Positions 50,165 to 64,000 of a stretch of DNA of 64,000 bases are shown one piece after another. The translations under genes and the position numbers were made by a program. Numbering within the stretch: the first letter of the stretch is position 1; each line of letters begins with the position of its first letter. Source of the stretch: Candidatus Obscuribacteraceae bacterium. GTDB taxonomy: Bacteria; Cyanobacteriota; Vampirovibrionia; Obscuribacterales; Obscuribacteraceae. The stretch is taken from positions 480,001-544,000 of the forward strand of contig JBGAHS010000003.1 of assembly GCA_044226015.1 (NCBI GenBank), in the 5' to 3' direction. The notes beneath the pieces are model-generated. The model had not been told where the DNA came from and made no database searches. It worked only from the letters and a program-made list of their open reading frames with translations.

Positions 50165-51991
50165 ATGCTCGCAAACACAAGCCAACGTCTACTGTGCGCA
50201 ATTCTGAGCCTTTTGAGCTGTTTTCTTTTGACAACACACAGCACAAAGGCGGCGGACTTGCCACCTCTCGAGCAGACCTCGCCCACTCCGGTGAGTAACG
50301 TGAAAGAGTCGAAGGGCAATAACCGCCCTTCAGACGAAAAGGCGTTCGAGGCAGACAAGCATACAAAAGATTCCTCTGGGGCAGGTGGAGAAGAAATCGG
50401 CACCGACAATCAGCGACCGCCCGACCGCTCAGGGCAACAAATGGGGCAATCGGTTCGAAGTGCCTCGACAGGACAGCAAATCAAAGAAAAAAATCAGTCA
50501 AGCACAAAAACAAAACCCTGCAGCGCTATTGTTAAAGGCAAGGGACTCTCGATTTGTACCATGATTTCCGCTTTCGGTACCACAATCGAGAGCAAACCGT
50601 TTTTGGAACAGAGCCCAAGAATCGGAACTGCCGAAGATGTAGAACACAATCTCGGCGCCATCGGTAACACACTGGTGCCGGCAGGGCTCGAACTAGGCGC
50701 ATCCGGGCAATCAGCACACGGATCGTCAGTTGCAGCATCTCAGCTGATTCCCGTTGCCAGCCAGGAAGCAGGAATTGAAGCTGCTAATGCAGACAACTTT
50801 GCACAAAAAGTTCCGAACCCGAGAGGATGGGCGAAGGTAGCAAAAGGCGTGCTGCAATCGCAGAATGCACAAAACTCCGACAACCAGGCAAATTGTGCTC
50901 AGCAAAACACCGAGAATGCTTTCACCCAAATGAAAGTTCCACTCATTAATGTTGCCAACGAAGACGCAGCAGTCCCATGTTCCTCATCTCAAGCATTCAA
51001 GGAAGAATCGAATGTGATTTGGATGGTTCAGCAAATGTACAAAAAGTGCTACATCCCTATGGCGGTTTTGTTCTTGCTGCCTGGGGCAGTACTCACTCAA
51101 GTCAAGTCGTTGATCGCATTCGGCATTTTGAATATTCAAGATGATGACACGGCAAGCCCCTTCATGGGAATTTTCAGAGCCATTATGGCAATCTTCCTGA
51201 TTCCCGCAACCCAGCTAGCTGTGAGCTATTGCATAGACATTGGGAATGCCCTGACAGATCCAGTCGCAAAACGTGTTCAAGTTGAAACACTGATGGATTG
51301 GGTCAAAGAACAAGCTTACGCTAGTGACCCAAAGAACAATGATGGCTGCATCAAAAATGTCTCTGCCAATCAAGGAAAGCTGATGGGCACATCAGCAAAG
51401 TCAGTAGTGCAAGAACGGCAGAATGACTTAAACGTAACTGTTCAAAATACATTCAACACCATCAACGCCATGCTCTCGCAGGGGCTTGAAGTCCTGGGCG
51501 GATTTCAAATAGTAATGATGTGCTATCTCTTTCTGATGGGTCCCATTGCCGCTGCGCTCTACGCCTGGCCGGCAGCTGTTGGGAGAGACCTATTCAAACG
51601 AGCTTTTGGAAGTTGGCTTGATGGCGTAATCGTACTTTCGCTATGGAAATTCTGGTGGTGCATAGTTCTTATGTGTATGGCCATTCGATTGCAAAACGGC
51701 ATAGATGCTACCAGTCACTACGAAATGTACTATTACACAGCATTCATGGGCATTCTCGTTATGGTGCCTTTCCAGCCGTTCGAGTTTAGACCAGGAGAAG
51801 TTGTAAGCCAGGTGCTGGACAAAGCCCAGCAAGGCGGTGGCGGTGGCGCTGGCGGCGCCGGCAAAGGTGGCTCGAAAGGTAAGGGAGGAAATCCGCAGGG
51901 TGGCAAAGACACCGGAGGAAATTCAACTGCAACCGATGCCGGAGGAGAAGAGCCAGGCGGAAGTCACGGACCAGCAGGTTCTCACTACTAA
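50165..51991 (+). CDS. VirB6/TrbL-like polytopic membrane protein, paralogue 1
   Basis: Signal peptide, TM core, Gly-rich tail; core aligns with the next gene. Confidence 0.55.
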   Translation: MLANTSQRLLCAILSLLSCFLLTTHSTKAADLPPLEQTSPTPVSNVKESKGNNRPSDEKAFEADKHTKDSSGAGGEEIGTDNQRPPDRSGQQMGQSVRSASTGQQIKEKNQSSTKTKPCSAIVKGKGLSICTMISAFGTTIESKPFLEQSPRIGTAEDVEHNLGAIGNTLVPAGLELGASGQSAHGSSVAASQLIPVASQEAGIEAANADNFAQKVPNPRGWAKVAKGVLQSQNAQNSDNQANCAQQNTENAFTQMKVPLINVANEDAAVPCSSSQAFKEESNVIWMVQQMYKKCYIPMAVLFLLPGAVLTQVKSLIAFGILNIQDDDTASPFMGIFRAIMAIFLIPATQLAVSYCIDIGNALTDPVAKRVQVETLMDWVKEQAYASDPKNNDGCIKNVSANQGKLMGTSAKSVVQERQNDLNVTVQNTFNTINAMLSQGLEVLGGFQIVMMCYLFLMGPIAAALYAWPAAVGRDLFKRAFGSWLDGVIVLSLWKFWWCIVLMCMAIRLQNGIDATSHYEMYYYTAFMGILVMVPFQPFEFRPGEVVSQVLDKAQQGGGGGAGGAGKGGSKGKGGNPQGGKDTGGNSTATDAGGEEPGGSHGPAGSHY

Positions 51992-52042
51992 TAAATTGTG
52001 ATTCCCAGTAATAAAAGTAACCAGAACATCAGGACCACAAAA

Positions 52043-55876
<3,834 letters not shown>

Positions 55877-55904
55877 CTTGAGCCCTGCTCTAAAGCCCCG
55901 AATT

Positions 55905-55932
55905 AAAAAGGGACCGCTAATGCGGTCCCTTT
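55905..55932. terminator. Bidirectional terminator
   Basis: AAAAAGGGACCGC/GCGGTCCCTTT between convergent genes. Confidence 0.8.
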
Positions 55933-55953
55933 CCATTATTGCTTGCGCTTGAC

Positions 55954-57129
55954 TTAGAGTCCTAGCTGACGAGCGATGAGCAATCTTTGAATTTCAGATG
56001 TGCCTTCGCCGATTTCGCAAAGCTTTGCATCACGCAGGAAGCGCTCTGCCGGGAAATCTTCAATGTAGCCGTAGCCACCGTGAATCTGAACGCAGAGATT
56101 GCAGACCTTGCTTGCGATTTCAGAAGCAAACAATTTCGCCTGAGACCCCTCAAGTGTAACTCTCTTGCCGTGATCCTTCATCCACGCAGCATGATAGAGC
56201 ATCAAACGTGCAGCACTAACTTGTGTAGCCATGTCAGCCAGATAAGCTTGAATAAGCTGGAACTTGCCGATAGGCTGACCGAAAGCTTCTCTTTGTTTGG
56301 CATACTGCAAAGCCGCATCAAGAGCTGCCTGAGCAATACCCAGCGCTAATGAGCCGATGGAGATGCGACCGCCCTCAAGCGTCATCAAAGCTTGCTTATA
56401 GCCTTCTCCTGGTGAGCCGAGAATATTGCCGGCTGGAATTTTGCAATCTTCCATGGTCAAACTGGCTGTCGGAGAACCGCGCATTCCAAGCTTCTTCTCG
56501 ACTTTGCTTACGTAGAAACCTGGTGTGCCTTTTTCGACCACGAATGCCGAGATACCCTTGCTGCCTGCGCCGGGGTCGGTCATCGCCATGATAATGGAGA
56601 TATCGGCATCAGTTGCATTAGTGATGAACTGCTTGGTTCCGTTCAAAACCCATTCATTGCCGACTTTCTTTGCAGTCGTTTTTTGAGCTGATGCATCAGA
56701 GCCAGTACCTGGTTCTGTCAGCGCCCAAGCACCGATGTACTCGCCGGTAGCGAGCTTCGGCAAATACTTTTTCTTTTGTTCATCGCTGCCGAAGAGCACG
56801 ATTGGCTTGGTGCCGAGCGAACAATGAGCAGCATAGCTCAAACCGGTAGAACCACATGCGCGCCCAATTTCTTCAACTGCGATAGCATAACTGCGGTAAT
56901 CAGAGCCTGTGCCGCCGTATTCTTCAGGAACCAGCAAACCCAACATGCCCAATTCACCTAGCTTTTTGAAGGTTTCAGCAGGAAATTTAGCTTCCTTGTC
57001 CACTGTAAAAGCTTTCGGTGCAATTTCGTTTGTAGCGAACTCGCGAATTAAATTGCGAATGTCCTGGTGTTCACCTTCAAGGAATTCGGCGTAAGGCAAA
57101 ACCTCTTTTTCAGACGCTGTAGTAGTCAA
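55954..57129 (-). CDS. Acyl-CoA dehydrogenase
   Basis: [47 protein letters not shown]. Confidence 0.95.
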   Translation of the reverse strand: MTTTASEKEVLPYAEFLEGEHQDIRNLIREFATNEIAPKAFTVDKEAKFPAETFKKLGELGMLGLLVPEEYGGTGSDYRSYAIAVEEIGRACGSTGLSYAAHCSLGTKPIVLFGSDEQKKKYLPKLATGEYIGAWALTEPGTGSDASAQKTTAKKVGNEWVLNGTKQFITNATDADISIIMAMTDPGAGSKGISAFVVEKGTPGFYVSKVEKKLGMRGSPTASLTMEDCKIPAGNILGSPGEGYKQALMTLEGGRISIGSLALGIAQAALDAALQYAKQREAFGQPIGKFQLIQAYLADMATQVSAARLMLYHAAWMKDHGKRVTLEGSQAKLFASEIASKVCNLCVQIHGGYGYIEDFPAERFLRDAKLCEIGEGTSEIQRLLIARQLGL

Positions 57130-57267
57130 GATCTATTCTCCTTCAAAACCCCTCCCAAGCAGAAGCTATCGCTGCCTGTAGGTAGATAGAGATCATAGCG
57201 CCTGCAGCGACACTAAATCTTTTCCTTAGCATTTCCTTTTGCTTGCTGAATGCTTCTTTCAACCTGG

Positions 57268-58407
57268 TCAGCAGCTTGGCACTGCCTCGCCCAGAAGGAA
57301 AGACTCTGCAGCTTTTACTATACGCTCTGCCGCTTTGCCGTCCCCAAAAGGGTTCACAGCCGAGGACATCTTGGAATAGCTGGCAGGATTTTCCAGAAGA
57401 TCACGAGCCGCCTCGAAAATACCTTCACGCTTCACGCCAACAATGCGAGCCACTCCGGCATCTGCTGCCTCCGGACGTTCGGTGTTCGTCCTGAGAACCA
57501 GAACAGGTTTGCCCAGGGTCGGCGCCTCTTCCTGAATGCCGCCACTGTCTGTAAGAACAAAATGACAGCGGCGCATAGCCTGCACAAAAGGGACATAATC
57601 AAGCGGTTCAACCAATATCAAACGGGGATGCCCTTCAAATACAGGCAGCATTGATTCTCGAACAATCGGATTTTTGTGAATGGGGTACAAAATCTGCACT
57701 TCCGGAAACTGGTCGGCAATGCGACGCAAAGCATGAGCGATTTCCGACATGCTGTCGCCCCAGTTCTCCCGTCGATGTGCTGTTACTAGGAGAACCTTGT
57801 ACTTCTCGAAATCGGCAGCACCGTACAAACTCTCGTCAACTTGTGTGTGGTCAAGCTTTTTCACAGTTTCGAGCAAGGCGTCGATGACAGTATTGCCAGT
57901 CATTACAACATTGTGGACGATGTTTTCCTTGCGCAGATTAGCAACAGCCCTTTCAGTCGGAGCAAAATGAATTGATGCCAGCTGAGTAGTAAGGCGGCGA
58001 GCCATTTCCTCCGGAAACGGATTATAGCGATCATCTGTGCGCAAGCCAGCTTCGACGTGACCCACTGGTACCTTCTGGTAATGGGCAGCCAGAGAGGCTG
58101 ACATTACCGTCGTGGTATCTCCCTGAACCAGCAGTAAATCTGGTTTCACTTTTTGAAGAATTTCGTCAACACCCACGACAACCCTTGAGGTTAACTCCGC
58201 CAGAGTCTGCCCATGCTTCATAATATCCATATCGAAATCAGGCTCGATTTCGAACCAGCGAAGCATTTGATCGAGCATCTCGCGATGCTGCGCTGTCAAG
58301 ACCACAACAGGTTCTACTTCTGTCGATCGCTTCAACGCGTGGACGACGGGGGCTAGTTTTACTGCTTCGGGACGCGTACCAAAGACGCACATAACTCGTT
58401 TTTTCAT
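57268..58407 (-). CDS. wecB: UDP-N-acetylglucosamine 2-epimerase (non-hydrolysing)
   Basis: FGTRPEAVK, QGDT, HVEAGLR, PFPEE, TDSGGIQEEAP, TERPE. Confidence 0.95.
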   Translation of the reverse strand: MKKRVMCVFGTRPEAVKLAPVVHALKRSTEVEPVVVLTAQHREMLDQMLRWFEIEPDFDMDIMKHGQTLAELTSRVVVGVDEILQKVKPDLLLVQGDTTTVMSASLAAHYQKVPVGHVEAGLRTDDRYNPFPEEMARRLTTQLASIHFAPTERAVANLRKENIVHNVVMTGNTVIDALLETVKKLDHTQVDESLYGAADFEKYKVLLVTAHRRENWGDSMSEIAHALRRIADQFPEVQILYPIHKNPIVRESMLPVFEGHPRLILVEPLDYVPFVQAMRRCHFVLTDSGGIQEEAPTLGKPVLVLRTNTERPEAADAGVARIVGVKREGIFEAARDLLENPASYSKMSSAVNPFGDGKAAERIVKAAESFLLGEAVPSC

Positions 58408-58766
58408 GGGTTCAATTCTAACTCAGGTAGTTTCGCTTTGGGACTCTTGATATGGTTCAGGCAACATTGATAATGCGTGATACCGTGGGCGACACCACCA
58501 GCATGTCGTCAGCAGCAGGGGACGGTTCAAGAAGATGCGCTTGCAGCCAGAGGTAAAGCCATTTCCGAAGAACGATACAAGCAAGAACTCAAGCTAGACG
58601 ATTCTGTCAATTGCAAACGAAAGACTCAAAACTGTTTTTCAGCAAGCATCTAGCAGAGTTAACCTGAAGTATATACACAGTATCGAAAGATCTGGAACCA
58701 GTGGCGATGCGCCTGGAAGATCAAAAAGCTTCGAATCTGGGAACCTTTATCAGACCCAAGTTTTAA

Positions 58767-58796
58767 TTGACAGGTAGCTAGTGTTTAGATTAACCT
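58767..58796 (+). promoter_or_regulatory. nrdJ promoter TTGACA-N18-TAACCT
   Basis: Consensus -35 just upstream of the NrdR boxes. Confidence 0.55.
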
Positions 58797-58811
58797 CAAG
58801 ACCAGATCGTG

Positions 58812-58857
58812 ACACTATATCTAGTGTCGCAAAGTCCAGAAAAACCATCTTTTGTTG
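58812..58857 (+). promoter_or_regulatory. Tandem NrdR boxes
   Basis: ACACTATATCTAGTGT (58812-58827) and weaker AAACCATCTTTTGTTG (58842-58857) upstream of an RNR. Confidence 0.8.
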
Positions 58858-58958
58858 AGTTCCTCACCGCGACATGTCAAGAGCAACAGCCCTTGATCCT
58901 CTTTAATTCGTCTCGTATATCCGAAATTTAGATATAATCTAACTAGAAATGGGCGCAA

Positions 58959-61900
58959 ATGTTCACTATCAAGTCCTCAAAAAGGGCAATATCTCCTGTT
59001 AAATCAGATTCGATGCAGCAAACCGAAATAGAAAACGACAAACTAAGCCGCTTTGGCGACTATACAGATTCATACTGGGAGTCAACCCAGGAAACGCTCG
59101 TAGGCTTGTATGCAAAACGGCATCCTGAAACGGGGCTGCCAATTGAAGATCTCAATGGAATTATTCATCGTGTCGCGTTTGCAAACGCAATCGCAGAACT
59201 CAAATACGCTCTGAGTCCAAGTGAGCTTGTAGCTCTCAGTTTCGAAGAAGCTATTATTCACCCATCCGTGACTGACTGGGCTAAAACCTTTGCAGAGTGC
59301 ATAGGCAAACAACGCTTCTGGGCAAACACCCCAGGGAACATAAATGCGGACCCCGAGATTTCCTTGAGAGTTCTGAAATACTGGGCGCACGGCCAACTTG
59401 CAGGCATGAAAGAGGATGAAATCTGGCTTCGTTCAGATGAGCTTTCACGCGCATACAGCAAGAAATCACTAAAAGTTGTTGATAAAGAGGGAAAGGCGAA
59501 AGGCTCGGAACATGAGCTTGCTATGGGCAAGCTCGCCACCGAACTTAAAGGAAAAGGTTGCCTCGCGGCTTGCGGTGTGGCCTTTGTCGAAGACAGCCTT
59601 GAAGGCATTCAAACGACTGCTGAAATTGAAGCGCTTGCAGCGAAAGCTGCCATGGGCATGGGCTTGAACACCTCAAGCTTACGTCCCTGGTCAAGCATAA
59701 TTTCTAATGGTGCTGCTGCTTCTGGACCAGATAGATTCTACGAAAAATCTATAGCAAAAGCCGTGGAAGCAGTAGCGCAGGGCGGTCGCAGAGGTGGCGC
59801 TTTGATTGAGTTGCGCAACTCAGATCATCCCGACATTTTGTTTTTTATCGAAAAGAAACGCCTGGTGCCGCGCCCGAGCCTGGCTCAAATATTCAAAGAG
59901 CTTCGTTTGCAAATAAAGCAGGCTCCTGGCGAAGCAAATATGGACTATAAGAAACGGTTACTTACTGAAGCAGAGCACCGTTTCGGGCAGCAATACGCAG
60001 AATTTGTCGAAAAACAAAACTATTTAAAGAACACCAACATCACCGTGCTTGCAATGCCCGGTTTTATGGATGCTGTGCGCGATGGGCTTTTTTACCCAGT
60101 CAAATTCAACAATCAGATCTGGAATGGTGCAGTTTACGATCCCCGAAAGCCTGTAAAAGACGAGAAAAGCGGACAGGTAAAAGTAAACAAACTAAGCAAA
60201 GAACTAGTCTACGAGGAATATTCCGTCGACTTGAATATTTACCCGGAAGCAAGAGAAGCAGCTCGCAGACTTGATTACGCTCAGGTCGAACTTAAAGAAA
60301 GCGAACTGACGGTGCGTGGTCATTTGTATGCGCCTGAAGTGTTCCAACGCATCATAGATGGTATGCAAAGCAGCGGAGAGCCCGGCATTGCATTCTACGA
60401 TCACGTCAATGCAGCAAATGCAAACAATCACATTTATGATTTGAACACCTGCAACCCCTGCGGCGAACAGTTTCTGCCAGCAGGAAAAGGTAGCGATGGC
60501 CGAGTTTATATGGGAACCTGCAACTTAGCATCGATGCACGCTGCGCACAAAGAACTTTTCAATGAAGACGGCAGTTTTAACACCCAGCGCATGAAAGACA
60601 TTGCGAAGATCATGCAACGATTCATGGACAATGTCTCAGATGTAAGCTGGTATCCAATTCCAGCACAAAATATGACCACTCGAATGGAGAGGCGCAACGG
60701 CGGTGGTTTTGCTGGAATAGCAGAATATCTGTCGCGACTCGGACTGGAATTTGGTGATTCCATGGCGCTTTCAAGCGTGGAAGAGCTCTACAAACAATTC
60801 ACGCGCGCCTCTGTTGAAGCATCTGAGCAACTGGCAAAAGAACGTGGTGTGTATCCCTTATGGGAAGGAAGCCGCTTTGCAAAACGCGGCTTGAAAGTAC
60901 GCAACTCCTGCATGACCAACAATGCTCCAACCGGAACCCTGGCGCAAGCACTGCAGACAAGCTGGGGCGTTGACCCCCATAACGGAATAGTTTTTTCACG
61001 CAAAGTGCGCTCACGTTACGTTGACTTTGTAGCACCAGGCTTCCGCGAAGCTATGGCTAAACACAAAGCATGGCCGGCGACAGAAGACGAACAGATTCAG
61101 CTGATGAAACGCATTCGCAGCAATAACAAATCTTGCAGAGGTGTTGATGCTGTTCCTGCGGCGGTGCAACGGGCATTTCCAATTCGAATTGAAATCGAGC
61201 CAGAAAAATATATCAAACATCTTGCAGCAATCCACAAGGGAGCTGAGGAGTTTCCCGAAGCCTTCAACTCCGTCTCAAACACCTGTTCAATCCCCGCGGA
61301 CATGAGCGACCAATCCATTGGCGAAGCCGTGATGCTGGCGTACGAACTGGGAGTTAAGGACGTTACCTTCTACCCTGATGGCAGCCGCCTCAGCCAACCA
61401 GTTGAACAAATTGCAGCTGATAAGATGGCACCAGAAGCTGATTTACTCTCACTTCTGGGGCACCAGGAACAACGCCCTATCAACATAGAAGAAACCTCTG
61501 GGCTCACATACAAGATTCGCGTTGGTTCTCCTGGCGGCGGTTCCACGCTGCATGTCAGCCTGAATCACGAGATAGATCATCCTGGTGAACTTGTAGAAGT
61601 CTATGCTCGCATGGGCAAACCAGGAGCCATCGAAGCAGGCTTGTTTGAAGCTGTAGGACGCCTCGCATCTGCGTTTTTGCAGTATGCAGCACAGTTTGGA
61701 GAATCAGAGCGGGCAATTGCTGAAAACACAATAGTTCAACAGCTAATCAATATTCAGTCTGGCTACCCGGCATTTTTCAAATTTGGCGATGCCAACAAAC
61801 CAGCTGTAATTCAATCGCCATGCGACGGGCTAGCTAAAGCCATACTTGAATATCGAAAAGGGTATAGCAAGATTGCCCGACGACTGACACCCACTGATAC

Positions 61901-62054
61901 CGCCAATGATGCCGGCGATCTATCTGCACCTACAACTTTTGTTGACGAAGAGGAGTTCAAAATGGGCGCCTGCAGTCACTGTGGGCAAGATGATTGGGCA
62001 AAAGCAGATGGCTGCTACATGTGCCAATCTTGCGGCTATTCGAAGTGCGGCTAG
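58959..62054 (+). CDS. nrdJ: Class II (B12-dependent) ribonucleotide reductase
   Basis: QGGRRG, HPDI..FI, GEPG, NPCGE, CNL, APTGT, SPCD-type domain, C-terminal zinc ribbon ...CGYSKC. Confidence 0.88.
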   Translation: MFTIKSSKRAISPVKSDSMQQTEIENDKLSRFGDYTDSYWESTQETLVGLYAKRHPETGLPIEDLNGIIHRVAFANAIAELKYALSPSELVALSFEEAIIHPSVTDWAKTFAECIGKQRFWANTPGNINADPEISLRVLKYWAHGQLAGMKEDEIWLRSDELSRAYSKKSLKVVDKEGKAKGSEHELAMGKLATELKGKGCLAACGVAFVEDSLEGIQTTAEIEALAAKAAMGMGLNTSSLRPWSSIISNGAAASGPDRFYEKSIAKAVEAVAQGGRRGGALIELRNSDHPDILFFIEKKRLVPRPSLAQIFKELRLQIKQAPGEANMDYKKRLLTEAEHRFGQQYAEFVEKQNYLKNTNITVLAMPGFMDAVRDGLFYPVKFNNQIWNGAVYDPRKPVKDEKSGQVKVNKLSKELVYEEYSVDLNIYPEAREAARRLDYAQVELKESELTVRGHLYAPEVFQRIIDGMQSSGEPGIAFYDHVNAANANNHIYDLNTCNPCGEQFLPAGKGSDGRVYMGTCNLASMHAAHKELFNEDGSFNTQRMKDIAKIMQRFMDNVSDVSWYPIPAQNMTTRMERRNGGGFAGIAEYLSRLGLEFGDSMALSSVEELYKQFTRASVEASEQLAKERGVYPLWEGSRFAKRGLKVRNSCMTNNAPTGTLAQALQTSWGVDPHNGIVFSRKVRSRYVDFVAPGFREAMAKHKAWPATEDEQIQLMKRIRSNNKSCRGVDAVPAAVQRAFPIRIEIEPEKYIKHLAAIHKGAEEFPEAFNSVSNTCSIPADMSDQSIGEAVMLAYELGVKDVTFYPDGSRLSQPVEQIAADKMAPEADLLSLLGHQEQRPINIEETSGLTYKIRVGSPGGGSTLHVSLNHEIDHPGELVEVYARMGKPGAIEAGLFEAVGRLASAFLQYAAQFGESERAIAENTIVQQLINIQSGYPAFFKFGDANKPAVIQSPCDGLAKAILEYRKGYSKIARRLTPTDTANDAGDLSAPTTFVDEEEFKMGACSHCGQDDWAKADGCYMCQSCGYSKCG

Positions 62055-62211
62055 ACTGCAATCTAAGAAAAATCAGTCAACGTGGAGAGCATTCCTGGAA
62101 TTCAGGGATGTTCTTTACTTGATATTTCACACCGAATTGCTAAGCTATTCTCGCTGACACGCTTAATTTACAGGGCTGTAGAATATAACTCAGCAGTTTC
62201 TTGGATAACAC

Positions 62212-63204
62212 ATGGACTCTAGTAAACAACAACAGAGCGGCGCAAAAGACTATTACTACATTCTCGGCATATCTCCGGATGCAAGTCCCCAGCAGATTCA
62301 AGCCGCCTTTCAGGAGCTGTATGACAAATACGGTCCTCATGTGACTTACACGAGCCAAGACTCCGACGCCATGGTGAAGCTCTACAAAGACATCACCGAG
62401 GCCTGGGAAACGCTGGGCGACCCGCAAAAGAGAGCAGAATACGACCAGGCGCAGATGCCACTTTTGCAAAAAAGTCATTTGCGAAACCTCTGGGGAAAGC
62501 TTACAGGAGCAAAAACTGGCGAAGAACCAAAACTAAAAGATGATCTTGCTGATACTCACACAAGCGTCGAGGTTACTCTGAGAGAAGCCGTCAAAGGATC
62601 ACGCAAGCAAGTCAAGGTCGAGGATTTCAAACCTTGTGAAGCCTGTCTCAGCAAAAAGCCAGTTGATCGAATCAAGTGCTTGCAATGCCATGGTTCCGGC
62701 CAGGTTAAAGCCGACCGGGTAGAAGTTTTGGAAATAGCTCCGGGAACCTTCGAAAAACAAGAGATTAAGCTACTCGGAAAAGGTCGCTATGATGCCAGGC
62801 TTCGTCGGCACGCAGATTTAGTCGTGGAGGTGCAATTCCAGCAGCACCCATTTTTTAGCGTTCACGGAAAGGATGTTTCCTGTACAGTTCCGGTCAATCT
62901 GTACGAAGCTATTCTCGGAGCCGAAATCGAAGCACCAACGCCGGCCGGCAAGGTAATGATGAAAATTCAGCCTCTCACACAGAGAGGACGCGTCTACCGA
63001 CTAAAAGGTCTGGGCTTGGGAGGCGGAGACTTGCTTCTATCCATAGAAGTAGTAATTCCCTCGCAACTGCATGCCGATGAAGTAGAACTCTTCAGAAGAT
63101 TGCAGAAAGTGTCCTCCCAACCTAACCCGAGGACAGATTTATTTGGCAAGTTGCAGGCCTACAATCAGGCTCAACAAATTCCTGGGTCAGATCAAAATAG
63201 ATAG
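62212..63204 (+). CDS. DnaJ/CbpA-like protein with non-canonical J domain
   Basis: DYY.ILG, AWETLGDP.KR..YD, DnaJ C-terminal domain; HPD replaced by YGP. Confidence 0.8.
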   Translation: MDSSKQQQSGAKDYYYILGISPDASPQQIQAAFQELYDKYGPHVTYTSQDSDAMVKLYKDITEAWETLGDPQKRAEYDQAQMPLLQKSHLRNLWGKLTGAKTGEEPKLKDDLADTHTSVEVTLREAVKGSRKQVKVEDFKPCEACLSKKPVDRIKCLQCHGSGQVKADRVEVLEIAPGTFEKQEIKLLGKGRYDARLRRHADLVVEVQFQQHPFFSVHGKDVSCTVPVNLYEAILGAEIEAPTPAGKVMMKIQPLTQRGRVYRLKGLGLGGGDLLLSIEVVIPSQLHADEVELFRRLQKVSSQPNPRTDLFGKLQAYNQAQQIPGSDQNR

Positions 63205-63588
63205 AAAATCGCATCATTCTAATGGGCCAATTGAAAATTGAAAAGGATTCGCTCGAAAGGTAGCCAAGCGCTAGCGGGCGGCTGCGAGATGACACAAAAA
63301 CACTGTAGCCAAGAGGTCCGAGGTTAGCGCTTTTGTTAAGCTTCCCAGAACACGCTCACGAGGCTGCGCTAAGGGTGAAAACCCTTACCATCAGGGAATC
63401 TTAGCGACTTGTAATAATTACAGGCCACGGCACTTACTACCCCAAAAAGCACCCCTTTAATAACTACCGTTACACAAGTCAAGATAAACATTTGCAAGGC
63501 TAGAGGGCGTTTCGTCAAAAGCTTCATCAGCATAGGATACGGGCTGTCAAGAGTTATGAGTGCAGGTCAAACAGCACACTAATGATCG

Positions 63589-63618
63589 TTGAACCCATAA
63601 CGGCGTATGCACTAGGGT
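63589..63618 (+). promoter_or_regulatory. Cassette-type promoter TTGAAC-N18-TAGGGT
   Basis: GCACTAGGGT identical to 212-221. Confidence 0.7.
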
Positions 63619-63820
63619 CAGGTACACCCTTTTGTTCCCTCTAACCGCGAACCCACAAGCTTCTAACCCCGCAAAACAAAGAAGAAAACACCGAGAAGAG
63701 ACCCTGTTCAGTCCCGCGAACAAGAGTAGCTTCTGGCTTCTTTCCTAGCGATAGGAATTCCCAGCCGAACACATATCGTGAACGGCTCTTCTAACTTTCG
63801 CAAAAGCGAAGGAGACCAAC

Positions 63821-64000
63821 ATGACTACCAATGACAAGTCCATCCGGGACGGAGTGCTGCGCGCTATGTCCGTCAGCGCTCTCGGAACCCGCGAGAGTTT
63901 CTTAACGTATTCGGGCATCCTTCCGGTCAAGCTGCCGGACGGTACCCGATTCATCATCTACCCCGACACGCACATCCCGGCGCATCATCGGCGCCTCTTC
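63821..64000 (+). CDS. Partial GC-rich cassette gene, possible calcineurin-like metallophosphoesterase (runs off the window)
   Basis: AAGGAG RBS; MTTNDK...FIIYPDTHIP (DxH motif). Confidence 0.55.
   Translation, partial: MTTNDKSIRDGVLRAMSVSALGTRESFLTYSGILPVKLPDGTRFIIYPDTHIPAHHRRLF

Noticed and set aside
58812..58827. CACTAT-ATC-TAGTG as a member of the new palindrome family
   Set aside because: The spacing differs and it matches the established NrdR box upstream of nrdJ.
59850..60330. Insertions in NrdJ as an intein
   Set aside because: No C/S start with HN-C/S/T end and no LAGLIDADG motifs; likely lineage-specific loops.

Overview
Chromosomal segment of a bacterium, probably a non-photosynthetic cyanobacterial relative (Melainabacteria/Vampirovibrionia, Obscuribacterales-like). 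This is inferred from a cyanobacteria/plastid-type At5g03900-like gene, an AMIN-TPR protein and the absence of photosynthesis genes. The backbone is moderate-GC housekeeping DNA: prs-nadE-pncA, modABC, an MqnC/CofH-like radical SAM, a Kef-type antiporter, deoB-punA, a PAS kinase, rfaE2, mce, fbaB, acyl-CoA dehydrogenase, wecB, class II RNR nrdJ with NrdR boxes, a J-like protein and two tandem VirB6/TrbL-like paralogues. I found no rRNA, tRNA, CRISPR array or transposase. The main unexplained signal is about a dozen one- or two-gene units scattered between the housekeeping genes, most of which share one architecture. Nine carry a TTG(N3)-N17/18-TAG(G/A/T)(G/C/T)T promoter (TAGGGT five times), followed by a ~150-250 nt leader that starts C/pyrimidine-rich and, in six cases, folds into a large closed stem. 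The cargo ORFs are unrelated, mostly GC-rich and C-ending, and end in strong terminators, often with GNRA loops. Nine terminators are followed by a 17-bp palindrome, consensus TACTAY-N5-RTAGTA. Five of these palindromes lie between convergent genes, where there is no promoter to regulate. This looks like an undescribed dispersed gene-cassette or dedicated-regulon system; its mechanism cannot be determined from this window.
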